From the IMG/VR virus record IMGVR_UViG_2936345690_000002: a stretch of 64,000 nt of DNA; one strand, given 5' to 3'. The translations under genes were made by a program, and so were the position numbers. Source of the DNA: a virus. Taxonomy: Duplodnaviria; Caudoviricetes. This document shows positions 46,910 to 56,388 of the stretch, one piece after another (positions within the stretch are counted from its first letter, which is position 1; every line of letters begins with the position of its first letter). The notes beneath the pieces were generated by a model, which made no database searches, was not told where the DNA came from, and saw nothing but the letters and a program-made list of their open reading frames with translations.

Positions 46910-47280
46910 AAGCGCTCAGCATCCAGCAGCCGTGGGCGTGGCTCATCGCCCACGGGTTCAAGCCGCTCGAAAACCGGACGTGGAACACGAAATTTCGCGG
47001 CGAACTCCTGATCCATGCCGGGAAGACGTTCGACAGCGACGGCTATGACTGGGTGCGTGAAGAATTCCCGGAGATTCCGATGCCAGCCCCGGGTGATTTC
47101 GAGCGTGGCGGCATCGTAGGCAAGGCAGATCTGACAGACGTTGTGAAATCCAGCGATTCGCCGTGGTTCTCCGGCCCGGTTGGCTTCTGTCTGGAGCGAG
47201 CTCAGCCGGTGGATTTTCTGCCGATGCCCGGTAAGCTGGGCTTCTTCGAGGTGGACTACCCGCAGCAGGCAGCCGCATGA
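46906..47280 (+). CDS. ASCH domain protein
   Basis: KALSIQQPWAWLI.HG.K..ENRTW...RGELLIHAG, GKLGFF. Confidence 0.9.
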   Translation: MKALSIQQPWAWLIAHGFKPLENRTWNTKFRGELLIHAGKTFDSDGYDWVREEFPEIPMPAPGDFERGGIVGKADLTDVVKSSDSPWFSGPVGFCLERAQPVDFLPMPGKLGFFEVDYPQQAAA

Positions 47281-47537
47281 GCGTGGTCGTCCGGTACATC
47301 GAAGGCGCAGACCGGAACGATCCCAATGCCGCCCGCTCCCATATGTATGCCCTGACGAAGGCCGGGAACTACTGGCCGATGTGCGATTACGGCTGGAACC
47401 GGAGCAACGGCGCGCGGTTCAGCATCCTGCGGGGGTGGGGCAGCAAGCGGGGCACCTGTGCGATCTGCCTTCGGAACGTCGAGCAGGGGAAACGTCCGGT
47501 GATCCACGCCCGATCTCATAAGACGAAGTGGTTATGA
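47277..47537 (+). CDS. Hypothetical protein
   Basis: ATGA-coupled. Confidence 0.5.
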   Translation: MSVVVRYIEGADRNDPNAARSHMYALTKAGNYWPMCDYGWNRSNGARFSILRGWGSKRGTCAICLRNVEQGKRPVIHARSHKTKWL

Positions 47538-47783
47538 TCTGCCGCCTCCTCCGGCTCGGCTGGCCATACAGCAAACGCAGGCAGAAGCGCCGGGAGTGGC
47601 TGGCGCTCCGCAAGGAAATCGAGCGTGAGCGCAAAGCGGCGGCGAAGGCCTGCCGCGAGCAAGGGCATAGCTGGGTGGTCGGCTCTCATTCCGTGACGTT
47701 CCTGCCCAAAGACCGGACATGTTTCCGCTGCCTGCGCCGAGAAGTGCCATTGACGGTGTGGGTGAAGAAAGGAGGGCTACAAG

Positions 47784-48182
47784 GTGTGGACAGGAAAAAT
47801 TGATCGGTATTACCCAACCAGGGAGAAGGCAGCCACGACGGGCTGGCTCTCCCCTTCCGGGGAATTCATCGCCTGCGGGATGGGCGAGCACGAACCGATA
47901 GGCGCGCTGTTGGTCTGCCTCGGTGCGCCGCAAGCGCTTCGGGGCTGGCTCCGTATCTCCGATAATTGGACGGGCGACCATCTGAACGCGGACAAGCTCA
48001 CGAGCAGCCAGGATCGGTTTATCGCCAAGAATTTCGGCGAACGGGAATTACATCTCAGAACCGGATACGAACACCGATTCGGTGACGCGGAGCTTCGGCA
48101 GGCAATGCGGGACATCAACTTCACTGACGAAACGGATGTTCCCGAACTGAAAGCGCCTGATGAGTTCAGCACAATGGTTTAA
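47784..48182 (+). CDS. Hypothetical phage protein
   Basis: GWLSPSGEF..C...H, GWLRI. Confidence 0.55.
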   Translation: MWTGKIDRYYPTREKAATTGWLSPSGEFIACGMGEHEPIGALLVCLGAPQALRGWLRISDNWTGDHLNADKLTSSQDRFIAKNFGERELHLRTGYEHRFGDAELRQAMRDINFTDETDVPELKAPDEFSTMV

Positions 48183-48232
48183 CCCGCCGAAGCGAAGCGA
48201 GGCGGCGACTCCTGAGAATCACCGCCCGTCGG

Positions 48233-48475
48233 TCAAAGGTCTTCCGCGATGCAAACGGTGGTCTGCCCCGGATCGGTGATGATGTGGATACGCTCTCCAT
48301 CGATGAGGTAGCTCGACCGGATGGCCTCCCCTTCCTGTGCGTTGAGCGCCTTCTGCTCGTCGGATACGTCCCCCCAGTCCCCTTGCCGGTGACGTTCCAG
48401 CGCCTTGGCCACTTCTTCCATCGAAACGAAGAACTGCGCTCCGGTAGTGACGACGATACGGCCTAGTTTAAACAT
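48233..48475 (-). CDS. Conserved plasmid/ICE small protein
   Basis: FKLGRIVVT.GA, RH..GDWGDV, IITD. Confidence 0.65.
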   Translation of the reverse strand: MFKLGRIVVTTGAQFFVSMEEVAKALERHRQGDWGDVSDEQKALNAQEGEAIRSSYLIDGERIHIITDPGQTTVCIAEDL

Positions 48476-48766
48476 CTGCCCTCCTGACGTGGGTTTCGGA
48501 CTCGGTGGTGAGGAGTTCAAACGCGATGCCGTCGTGCTCGTGCTGGCTGTGCTTCTCGCTCCCGGTGAAATGCCGGACGATGGCGGCGATTAATGCCGAG
48601 CGCGGAAGGGTAGTCAAAAGGTCGGGGTCGGCTTTCAGGGAGCCGCAGGGGAACGAAGCGCGCATGGTCGAATCCTTGGCCGGAATGATGGGCTAAGCGG
48701 TTGATATGCCGTGGTTGTCTTGGGCGGGCTTGGACAGGGTTGGGGGCTTCCATGCCCCCGAGACGT

Positions 48767-49588
48767 TTAGTCCACCAGCTCCGCCATCCGTGCGGTGAGC
48801 GTCCACAACGCCTTGTTCAGGCGAATATCACGATCCACGGCCTTCACCGGCCTGGTCGTGGTGCGGCGGCCGGTCGGCGTCGTGCCGCTGATGCCGCCCT
48901 TCAACGCGCCTTCCTGCACGGTATTGAAGGTAGCCCAGAGGGACCGGCTGCCGTCCGGTGCGGGCTGATCCTCGCTGCGGCGGGGGGTGAGCAGCTGGTC
49001 GGGCGTGATGTTCGGTGCATCGAGCAGGACATGGGCGGCCTCCGCGAATGCCGTCTGTGCCGGTGCCGGGAGAGCGAGCTGCTTCCAGGCGTCGATCTGC
49101 TGCAGCACCTTCGGCGTGTCCTCGACGATACGGAACGTCGCGTCGATGATCCGCTGGCTGAAATCCGCCCCGCCCGCATGCTTGACGCTGATCGAGCCGA
49201 AATCGCTGCTGGCCACGACAAGGCCATTCGAGCAGACCAAACGAAAGATGCCGGAGGCGAAGCGGTACGCCGCCGTGCCATCATGGCTGTTTGATAGCAC
49301 AAGCTCCGGCAACTCGGCCCCGACCGTCTGCGGCGTCAGGTAGTCGGAATGGCGGAACCGGAGCATGTGCCGGGTGTAGGCCTGCTTCCCCTCGATCCTG
49401 CTGCGGCTCTGTGCCGCCTTGACCGGGAAGAAGCCGCGGTCGCGGAGGATATCCACGACTTCGATGGTGGGGACGTGCCGGTAGCGGCCGGACATGCGGT
49501 GCCACGGTTCGGAGGCGAACACGCTGGGGCAGGTGCGGCGGAGGGTGGCGGTGTCGAGCACGGCGGGCAGGTTCTGGGTGGCGGACAT
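48767..49588 (-). CDS. DUF932 family protein
   Basis: S.RY.HVPTIEV, HMLRFR, NSHDGT, FRLVCSNG, LWATFNTVQE. Confidence 0.9.
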   Translation of the reverse strand: MSATQNLPAVLDTATLRRTCPSVFASEPWHRMSGRYRHVPTIEVVDILRDRGFFPVKAAQSRSRIEGKQAYTRHMLRFRHSDYLTPQTVGAELPELVLSNSHDGTAAYRFASGIFRLVCSNGLVVASSDFGSISVKHAGGADFSQRIIDATFRIVEDTPKVLQQIDAWKQLALPAPAQTAFAEAAHVLLDAPNITPDQLLTPRRSEDQPAPDGSRSLWATFNTVQEGALKGGISGTTPTGRRTTTRPVKAVDRDIRLNKALWTLTARMAELVD

Positions 49589-49755
49589 GGATCTGTCTCC
49601 GGTTAACGATGCCTGTTTGACCGTGAAGTTCGCCTCGCGCGAAATTCACTTGGGCAAACGGGGCGAAGACAGAAACAGGGGGTGAAGCGGAGTGAAGAGA
49701 GAAGCTGGCGGCTGCACACGGGAGGCACGACCACGGAAGCTGACGGATTCGACCT

Positions 49756-50037
49756 TCATGGAGCGAGGGCGCAGCCCTTCTGTTGCCCGTCGTTTTCTGC
49801 TTGCTCCCGAATGTCCCGAATCCGCTCTAGAAGCACAGGATGCGGTTCGGTCTTGCCCGCGATCCATCGCCGCACTGTCCGGGAGTTGACCGGCTTGCCG
49901 TGCGAATTCAGGGGCAGCAGCCGGGCGAGCTTTGTTTGCCCGCCCGTGCCCTTGTCATTGTTCAGCGCCTGGCATGCGCGGCGCACTTCCTCGGCTGGAG
50001 TCACTATTCTTCTGTTCGCATCGGCATCATTACGCAA
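49756..50037 (-). CDS. HTH DNA-binding protein
   Basis: GQTKLARLL...NSRTVRRWIAG. Confidence 0.6.
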   Translation of the reverse strand: MRNDADANRRIVTPAEEVRRACQALNNDKGTGGQTKLARLLPLNSHGKPVNSRTVRRWIAGKTEPHPVLLERIRDIREQAENDGQQKGCALAP

Positions 50038-50279
50038 CGAACGCCTTCCAGCTTTGGACTTGTGACCAAATGGGGGAGACCCGTCGAGCCATCCTCCTTC
50101 TCCCGAAAGATATTAACAGGGGTTCCTTCGCCGAAAACGTTAGCTACTGCATGCACATATTTTGAATTGAATCGGTCAAAATAATATTGCTTTTCATGAT
50201 TTGGCTTAGGAATGACTCTCTCATAGTCGGGGTAATTGGCGTCGATGGTCTTGGTGATAAGCTGTGCGTCGATATTGTC

Positions 50280-51760
50280 CTGTACTTTCCGGGGGAATGT
50301 ATATGTCATGCGGCCAGACTGAGCAGCCTTTCGGCCGTGGCCTGAATTTCCGCCTCGGTAGCCCCCGGGCGTAGAGTCGCACGAATCTCCTCGCCCAGCA
50401 GATCGCGACGCCAGGCCCGGCGCTTGTCCGCATGGCTCGGGCGGCGCAGCGTCGAGTCCCACGGCGAGGTCGAGCGGTCCACCAGATCCTCCGCCTCACG
50501 GCCCCAGGCCCACGCCTCGGTCATGGTGTAGGTCCACAGGCAGATGTGGAAGGCCCCGACGTTCGCCCGGATGAACCGCACCTGCTGCTGCCCGGCCCCC
50601 ACGACCTGCTTGCACTCGCGAAATGCGATCTCCAGGCCGAACCGGTCGGCCACGGTCGTCAGGATGTCGGCGACGCTCGCCTCGGTGTCGGTGCAGAAGT
50701 AGGCCCGCCAGCCGGTCGGCTCGTCCACCAGCACCACCCGGATCGCGCCGCCGGCCGGACGCCAGGTCGCCGGGAACGTCTTGTACTTCTTGACCGCGGC
50801 AACCCCGTACAGGCTGATTGTCTCGGTGGACCAGCCGCGTCGCTGACCGGCCCGCTTGGCCAGGTCGATCACATCCGGGCCGTAGGTGCGGGGACGGCCA
50901 GGCTTGCCCGCAGGCCGGGGGCCGGGCAGTGACCGCAGGGCCGCGTCCTTTCGGAGCCGGCTGACGACCGTCATGCCCAGCTCCATCGCCGGCTTGAGGA
51001 ACTCCCTGCTGGCATAGGCCCCGTCGGCCACCACCCAGATCGGCAACCCCAGGGGCCCCAGCCAGGGCTTGGCCCAACGGAGCAACTCGACGGCCAGCTC
51101 CAGCTTGGTGCGGAACTCCGGCCGGTGTTTCGGGTCGATTCCCGGCAGGTCCACCTTCCGGACGTAGAGCCGGGCCAGCAGCGGCAGGGCAACGACGCCC
51201 CACGCCGGGTGGGCCACGAGCAGGGCCAACACGACGAAGACGTGGCCGTAGACGTAGGGCGAGCCGGCCGGGCCGGGTGTCGGGTTGTGATGCACGCCGG
51301 CCCCCTGGACGTGCGGGCCGTACCGCTTCGTCGGGGTGTCGTCCAGGGCGAGGGTCAGCCGCGTGGCGCCCTTGACCAGGGGCCGGACCACTTCGGTCAG
51401 GAGGCGTCGGGCGATGCGATCGGCCCGCTTGCCGGCGGCGGCGACGGCGGTATAGCAGGGGCGGAAGTGGTCGCTGAGCTTGGCGGCCCGGATCCAGGTC
51501 GTGACGGTCCGGCGGCCCCGGGCGAGGACGGCGCCGAGGAACAGCAGGGCGAGCCGGGGTGCGGAGCGGCGGTCGAGGGCGGCGGCGAGCCACGGGAACC
51601 ACTGGCACGGGGCGGGCGGTAGAGGCGAGGATGTCATCGGGGGCCGGCTCCGCTCGGGGTCTCTGGCTGGTCCGGTAACCGCCATCGTCCCGGCCGGACC
51701 GGCCCTCATCTACCCTCTGCCCCGGATCGCGCTACGTACATGAAGTCCCGGAAAGTGCAG
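50280..51760 (-). mobile_element. Insertion sequence (IS701-like DDE), 1481 bp
   Basis: Terminal IR CTGTACTTTCCGGG / CCCGGAAAGTGCAG; 7-bp target duplication TATTGTC at 50273 and 51761. Confidence 0.9.
50306..51709 (-). CDS. DDE transposase (IS701-like)
   Basis: ALDDT, VADGAY, SRLRKD, R..LE..FRE.K; start may be the downstream ATG (MTSSP). Confidence 0.9.
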   Translation of the reverse strand: MRAGPAGTMAVTGPARDPERSRPPMTSSPLPPAPCQWFPWLAAALDRRSAPRLALLFLGAVLARGRRTVTTWIRAAKLSDHFRPCYTAVAAAGKRADRIARRLLTEVVRPLVKGATRLTLALDDTPTKRYGPHVQGAGVHHNPTPGPAGSPYVYGHVFVVLALLVAHPAWGVVALPLLARLYVRKVDLPGIDPKHRPEFRTKLELAVELLRWAKPWLGPLGLPIWVVADGAYASREFLKPAMELGMTVVSRLRKDAALRSLPGPRPAGKPGRPRTYGPDVIDLAKRAGQRRGWSTETISLYGVAAVKKYKTFPATWRPAGGAIRVVLVDEPTGWRAYFCTDTEASVADILTTVADRFGLEIAFRECKQVVGAGQQQVRFIRANVGAFHICLWTYTMTEAWAWGREAEDLVDRSTSPWDSTLRRPSHADKRRAWRRDLLGEEIRATLRPGATEAEIQATAERLLSLAA

Positions 51761-52145
51761 TATTGTCAAATGTCAGGCGGTACGGCTTTGCTTCTTCCAC
51801 TGTCATCGTGACCCGGCCGAAAGCGCATTCCTTGAGCATACTGCAAAGAGCAGCAATGGCTTGACGCGGACAGATGGCCGCGAATGCTTCGCCATGCTCG
51901 ATGGCGCATTTCATGACCGCCTCGTACAAGATATGCCCGTTGGTGGCCACTGCCTTTAGCTGTTTGCCATCGTATTTGAAATAGACGCCATTGAGGTAAT
52001 AGCGGGTTTCATCGTCGCTCATAAATGGGGTTATGACTTTCAGCTGCTCTCTCAGATTCTTTGCCTCGAAAATGAAAGTCGGAAACGTCTTCTCGGTCAT
52101 ATACACTCCGCAATTTGCCGGGCTTCATTGCCCATGCGCAGGGAG

Positions 52146-52175
52146 GACATTAGGGCAGGCCGCCCTAATGGTCAA
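52146..52175 (-). promoter_or_regulatory. Promoter with overlapping operator
   Basis: TTGACC-N17-TAATGT; palindrome CATTAGGGC-N5-GCCCTAATG. Confidence 0.6.
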
Positions 52176-52248
52176 GCGACAATTGATGTGATCCCGAGGG
52201 GTGGCGCGCTCCCGGCCTTTCCGCGATAATGGCCGTGGGAGGTGACGC

Positions 52249-52566
52249 ATGCGGTTCAACAGCTGGTTCGGTGCTTTTGTCCAAACGCAGCCAATGGCCG
52301 AAGGCGGCAGGCTGATCGCCGCGGGGCTGCTCCGGCCTGTCTATGACGGGCGCGATGTAATCGGCGTGGAGTCGACCGCCGCGCTGGCGGGGTCTTTCGA
52401 GCGGCTGCCCGAGATGGAGCGGCTCTATCCGCTGCTGGTCGAGTTCCTGGCATGCTGCCGGTTCGCAGGCTTTCCGGGCTTCTGCACCGGGGATGCCGGG
52501 CAGCAGCTCAGGGCGCTCGGCATGTCGGAGGAAGGGCTGGTGGCGCTCAGGCGGGTGGCGGGGTGA
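52249..52566 (+). CDS. Hypothetical protein
   Basis: GGAGG RBS. Confidence 0.45.
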   Translation: MRFNSWFGAFVQTQPMAEGGRLIAAGLLRPVYDGRDVIGVESTAALAGSFERLPEMERLYPLLVEFLACCRFAGFPGFCTGDAGQQLRALGMSEEGLVALRRVAG

Positions 52567-52936
52567 CTGGGTCGGCCTTCTTCGCGGCTTCTATCAGCGA
52601 TTTGAAGGCGGCATGAGTGTCCGGTATTGCCAGATGCCATGCCACGCTCATTTCGTTCGTCCACTGACGCGGATCGAGGCATTGGCGGAGCACGTCACGT
52701 TCGGCGATGACGCCCTGAAGGAAAGCAGATGAGTTCAGGCAAGCATCTACCGCTTCGTTCTCATCGCCTGGGCTCATATCGCACGAATCGACCCATTCAA
52801 TATCGTGCAGCGCCTTGATTACCTTCTGCATGTGCTGCCAGAAAGCTTCGCGCTGCGGCGTGTTCCGCTCGAACGGGCTGGATTCAAGATCATACTCGAG
52901 CTTCGAGTAGAGGTAATTCATGCTCCCGCCGCTCAT
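52547..52936 (-). CDS. Conserved phage hypothetical protein (MSGGSMNYLY...)
   Basis: LHDIEWVDSCD...GDE motif. Confidence 0.65.
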   Translation of the reverse strand: MSGGSMNYLYSKLEYDLESSPFERNTPQREAFWQHMQKVIKALHDIEWVDSCDMSPGDENEAVDACLNSSAFLQGVIAERDVLRQCLDPRQWTNEMSVAWHLAIPDTHAAFKSLIEAAKKADPVTPPPA

Positions 52937-53102
52937 CGCCCGCGTCCTTCCTGTTGCCGCGTTCCCGGTGCGATTCGCGGTCGCTCTGCGTCGATCAAGT
53001 CCGCGAACCGCGAATAGGCTTCCCGTTGCGTCATGCGTGGCCGCTCTTCTGGCGACTGGTAGAGCTTGAGCCGGGGCTGCTGGGTATCGGGCTTCGGGGC
53101 GG

Positions 53103-53578
53103 TCATACAGCGACAACGAACGGCTTGGTTTCGCTCGAAAGCAATCGGCCTGCCTGGCGAGCATGGTCAATGTATGCAGTGCATTTCTCGCCCACTCGCG
53201 GTGGCCTGTCCACCTCGTAAAAATCCGATACGGCAGTGTACTTGCCCGGCTTAAGTGGCGCTTCGTGCCCCGGAACATAGCGGTGCTGAAAAAGGTAACC
53301 GTCTTCTGTGACTTTCCCGGCGATCATGTATCGATTCCCGTCACAATCCTGCCCTGGATTTTTGCGCTGGCCTTAATACTCGCCAGCCGCTCTGCTGCGT
53401 CCTGATCGGACGTCGCCCAGATATCGAAGGCAAAGTCGGCCAAGCTGCCTTCCGGCCTGCGGTGGGGGTACTTGAATTCATATTTGAACCAACGAACTCC
53501 GTATCCGTCCGTGAACACGCAGTCGGCATCTGTCTGCCGGACTATTCTCTCTTTGGTGAGCTCGACGGCATTACTCAC
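53103..53578 (-). CDS. Two small coupled hypothetical proteins (53103-53327, 53324-53578)
   Basis: Overlapping stop/start chain. Confidence 0.5.
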
Positions 53579-54108
53579 CGCCCGTGCCCTTCTAACCCGC
53601 GCGCCTGCTTTACCTCGTCCAGCAGCTTCAGCGCATCGAGGATGTTCTCGCCGGGCGTTTGCTGGCTCGGGTCGCTATCGCGCTGCCACTGGCGGGCATG
53701 GTCACGGAACAAAAAGCCCTGATCCTCCACATGGTCTACCAGGGCGTTCTCGCTATTCCGCGACAATTTGCGGTTTTCCGCGAACTGCAGCGCCGCCGTG
53801 CTTCGCTGGTTGCCATCCTGATCGCGCCACAGCTTTTTGGTGACGCGTATACCGGCGGCGTTGTCGGTCTTGACCGGGATGAAGCCCGGCGGCACCTGCC
53901 CGAAACGGGGGCGACCCTCTTCTAGCGCCGCTACGAAGCTGCCGGGCTCGAAGGGCACATCAGCCGTAGGCGCGGGGAGCTGGTGCCCTGCATCCGGCAG
54001 GGGATAGCGCTCGGCCAGGATGTCGCCGATGGCGCGGGGTTCTTCGACGGCAACCGCCGGGGATTCGGGCTCTACTTTGGATTTCTTCGCTCTCGGCTTC
54101 CGTGCCAT
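53575..54108 (-). CDS. Hypothetical protein (MARKPR...)
   Basis: GGAGG RBS. Confidence 0.55.
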   Translation of the reverse strand: MARKPRAKKSKVEPESPAVAVEEPRAIGDILAERYPLPDAGHQLPAPTADVPFEPGSFVAALEEGRPRFGQVPPGFIPVKTDNAAGIRVTKKLWRDQDGNQRSTAALQFAENRKLSRNSENALVDHVEDQGFLFRDHARQWQRDSDPSQQTPGENILDALKLLDEVKQARGLEGHGR

Positions 54109-54159
54109 ACCGCCTCCATGCGTGGGATTAACAACCATTAGCGCATGGAGGGGCAAGCG

Positions 54160-54834
54160 TCAACTGTCGGATTCGCCCTTCTTTTTTTTGCCCGCCAGGC
54201 CTTCCTTCCGGGCGACATCCTGAGTGAACCGAAAGGGCATCAATTCCAGCAACGTTTTGTAGGAGCCCGACCGCTTCTTGGTCATGCGGTTCTCCAGCAC
54301 ATATCGCCCATCCCCGTTGCGCGTCGCCATCGCATAGATGACGCACGGCTCGCCGTTCTCTGGATGCCTCAAGGCTTGATGCCGCTCGCGTAACTCGGCG
54401 TTGACCTTCTTCGCCAACTCCTGCTTGCGGGCGTAGTCGGTTGCATCATCGGCGCGGAATATTTCTTGCGCGTATTCCAGGAGCCATTGGTAAGACTGCA
54501 CCGAGTAGTCGAGCCACGAGGTAACCTGGTAGAGCAGGAATGCGGCGGATTGCACTTCCTTCGCTGCCTTGACCCGGAAGGCAACCCCTTCTTCCTGCAA
54601 AAGCCTCGCCGCCTCCGCCAAGGCGCCGTCCACGGCGTCGTTGGCCGCCTTCAACTCGCGCATTGCATTATATATATGATCTTTGGCTGGGGCGTAACGG
54701 ACACTCAGTCCGTCGGCCATCGCCCGGAGTTCGGCATTGCTCTTTTCCGTGCCCCGCGAATAGACCGTCGGCATGGCTGCCAGGGCGGCGAGCCAGGCCA
54801 CCTGCTGCTCCGTAGGTTTGTTCTCCTCGGCCAT
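54160..54834 (-). CDS. Hypothetical protein
   Basis: 224-aa ORF divergent from parB. Confidence 0.55.
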   Translation of the reverse strand: MAEENKPTEQQVAWLAALAAMPTVYSRGTEKSNAELRAMADGLSVRYAPAKDHIYNAMRELKAANDAVDGALAEAARLLQEEGVAFRVKAAKEVQSAAFLLYQVTSWLDYSVQSYQWLLEYAQEIFRADDATDYARKQELAKKVNAELRERHQALRHPENGEPCVIYAMATRNGDGRYVLENRMTKKRSGSYKTLLELMPFRFTQDVARKEGLAGKKKKGESDS

Positions 54835-55040
54835 CAGTGGAATTTCCCGTAAAACTTCCCGTTTCAGCGCCTTGAACTTCCGCCGCGATACAGCGTAGAG
54901 TAGGTGTGTAAGAAACTTCTATCACAGTCTAGCCCCTGGTAGTGGGTTGGACAAGGGCGAAAGGAGGAAAATCCCCGCGTCCGCTCTGCGCGCAAATCCA
55001 ACGCCCGTAATAGCCCGCGTTTCTGACAGGAGTATCTTCC

Positions 55041-55823
55041 ATGCTCAAGGAACTCGACCCCGCCGATTGCTTCCCGCCCCACGACAACCGCCCCATCACC
55101 GATGAGGATGTGGCCGACCTGGTGGAGGACTACCAGCGAAACGGCCAGCTCCAGCCCGGCATCGTCTGCCCCCACCCGGACTTGCCCGGCAAATGGCTCG
55201 TCATCGCGGGCGGGCGACGTGGGCATGCCTGTCGGATTGCCCGCATCCTATTCCGTGCCGAGGTGCGCGACACGATTCCTTCGCAGGCGGAAATCATCGA
55301 AATCCGCGTCGGCGAGAACTCCAAGCGCAAGAATCTCGACGCCTTCCAGCTCTGCAACGACATCACCACCTACAAGAAGGAGAAGCGATTCACCACCTGG
55401 GCGGAGGCTGGGAAGGCGCTCGGCATCCCGGCCAGCACGCTCAGCTCGATCACCTGTGTCCGGCGCATCCCGCCGGAACTCCGCCCGAAGACGGAACGGC
55501 TCTGCGGCACGGTGGTCAGAACCATCGCCCGGATGCCGACGCGGGCAGACATGGAGGAGCTGATCGCCAAGGCGTTCGATGAGAACGACCAGCCCATCCC
55601 GAAAGACCGGGTGGAGCTGCTGGCCAAGCAGATGAAAGAGGGCAATAAATCGGGCCGGAAGCCCCGCGGGTTCACCGTCAAGGATGGGGGCCATGAGGCC
55701 GTCATCAAGCCCAAGCCCGGCGTTTCGACGGAAGACATCGCCAAGTGGCTGGAAGGGCTGGCCGCGAAGCTGAAGGCCAACAAGCACCTGCCGCCGGACG
55801 GGTTGAGATTCCTGTTTCCGTGA
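55041..55823 (+). CDS. parB: ParB/Spo0J-family protein
   Basis: GQLQPG, IAGGRR, EN.KR, HTH WAEAGKALGIPASTLS. Confidence 0.8.
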   Translation: MLKELDPADCFPPHDNRPITDEDVADLVEDYQRNGQLQPGIVCPHPDLPGKWLVIAGGRRGHACRIARILFRAEVRDTIPSQAEIIEIRVGENSKRKNLDAFQLCNDITTYKKEKRFTTWAEAGKALGIPASTLSSITCVRRIPPELRPKTERLCGTVVRTIARMPTRADMEELIAKAFDENDQPIPKDRVELLAKQMKEGNKSGRKPRGFTVKDGGHEAVIKPKPGVSTEDIAKWLEGLAAKLKANKHLPPDGLRFLFP

Positions 55824-55892
55824 TATTCCCGCTCGGGAACATTTCGTTCCGTAGCGGCTGAATCCAGGCCAGATATTCCCGCTCCGGAACAT
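55822..55892. repeat. Two 21-bp parS-like palindromic repeats
   Basis: GATATTCCCGCTC(G/C)GGAACAT at 55822 and 55872. Confidence 0.7.
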
Positions 55893-56388
55893 CCTGTTCA
55901 CCCAACCAAACCCACGCACCGCGCGGGGCCGTAGACGCTCCGCGCCTGGAGGAAACATGCGACAGCGAATGACCAAGCCGCCGACGTACGCGATCCGCTG
56001 CGACCATGATGTTTGCGGTTGCATCAGTTACATCGTCGCCATGCCCAGTGATTCGCGCTTCACCTTCACCGAAACTACGTCGCTGTTCCGCGAGGAACGG
56101 CCGCTCACCGAACCGCCGAAGGATCAGGCGGTTAGCTGACGGATAAGTCCAAAATTGGACCCGTTTGAACTCGTCTGTACCCGAGCCTCGCCTTGCTATC
56201 GCGCGGCACGTCCGGCGTGCGCGCACACGTTCCGATCACCCGCAACCGGAGGCAGAAACCGTGGACGCATTCCTGAGCGAGCTCCAGAAGATCCCGCCGG
56301 AATACTGGCAGAAGTGGTTCCTCGCGGGATGCGTCGGCCTGCCCCTGGGGGCGCTGATCGCCCATCTCCGCGCCAAGAGGAGGAATGA

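Larger units (their letters stand above)
50004..52106 (-). pseudogene. Short beta-clamp (DnaN)-like gene interrupted by an IS
   Basis: DETRYYLNGV and ATNGH before the IS; IDANYPDYERVIP after it. Removing the IS and one target copy restores the frame (~204 aa). Confidence 0.8.
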
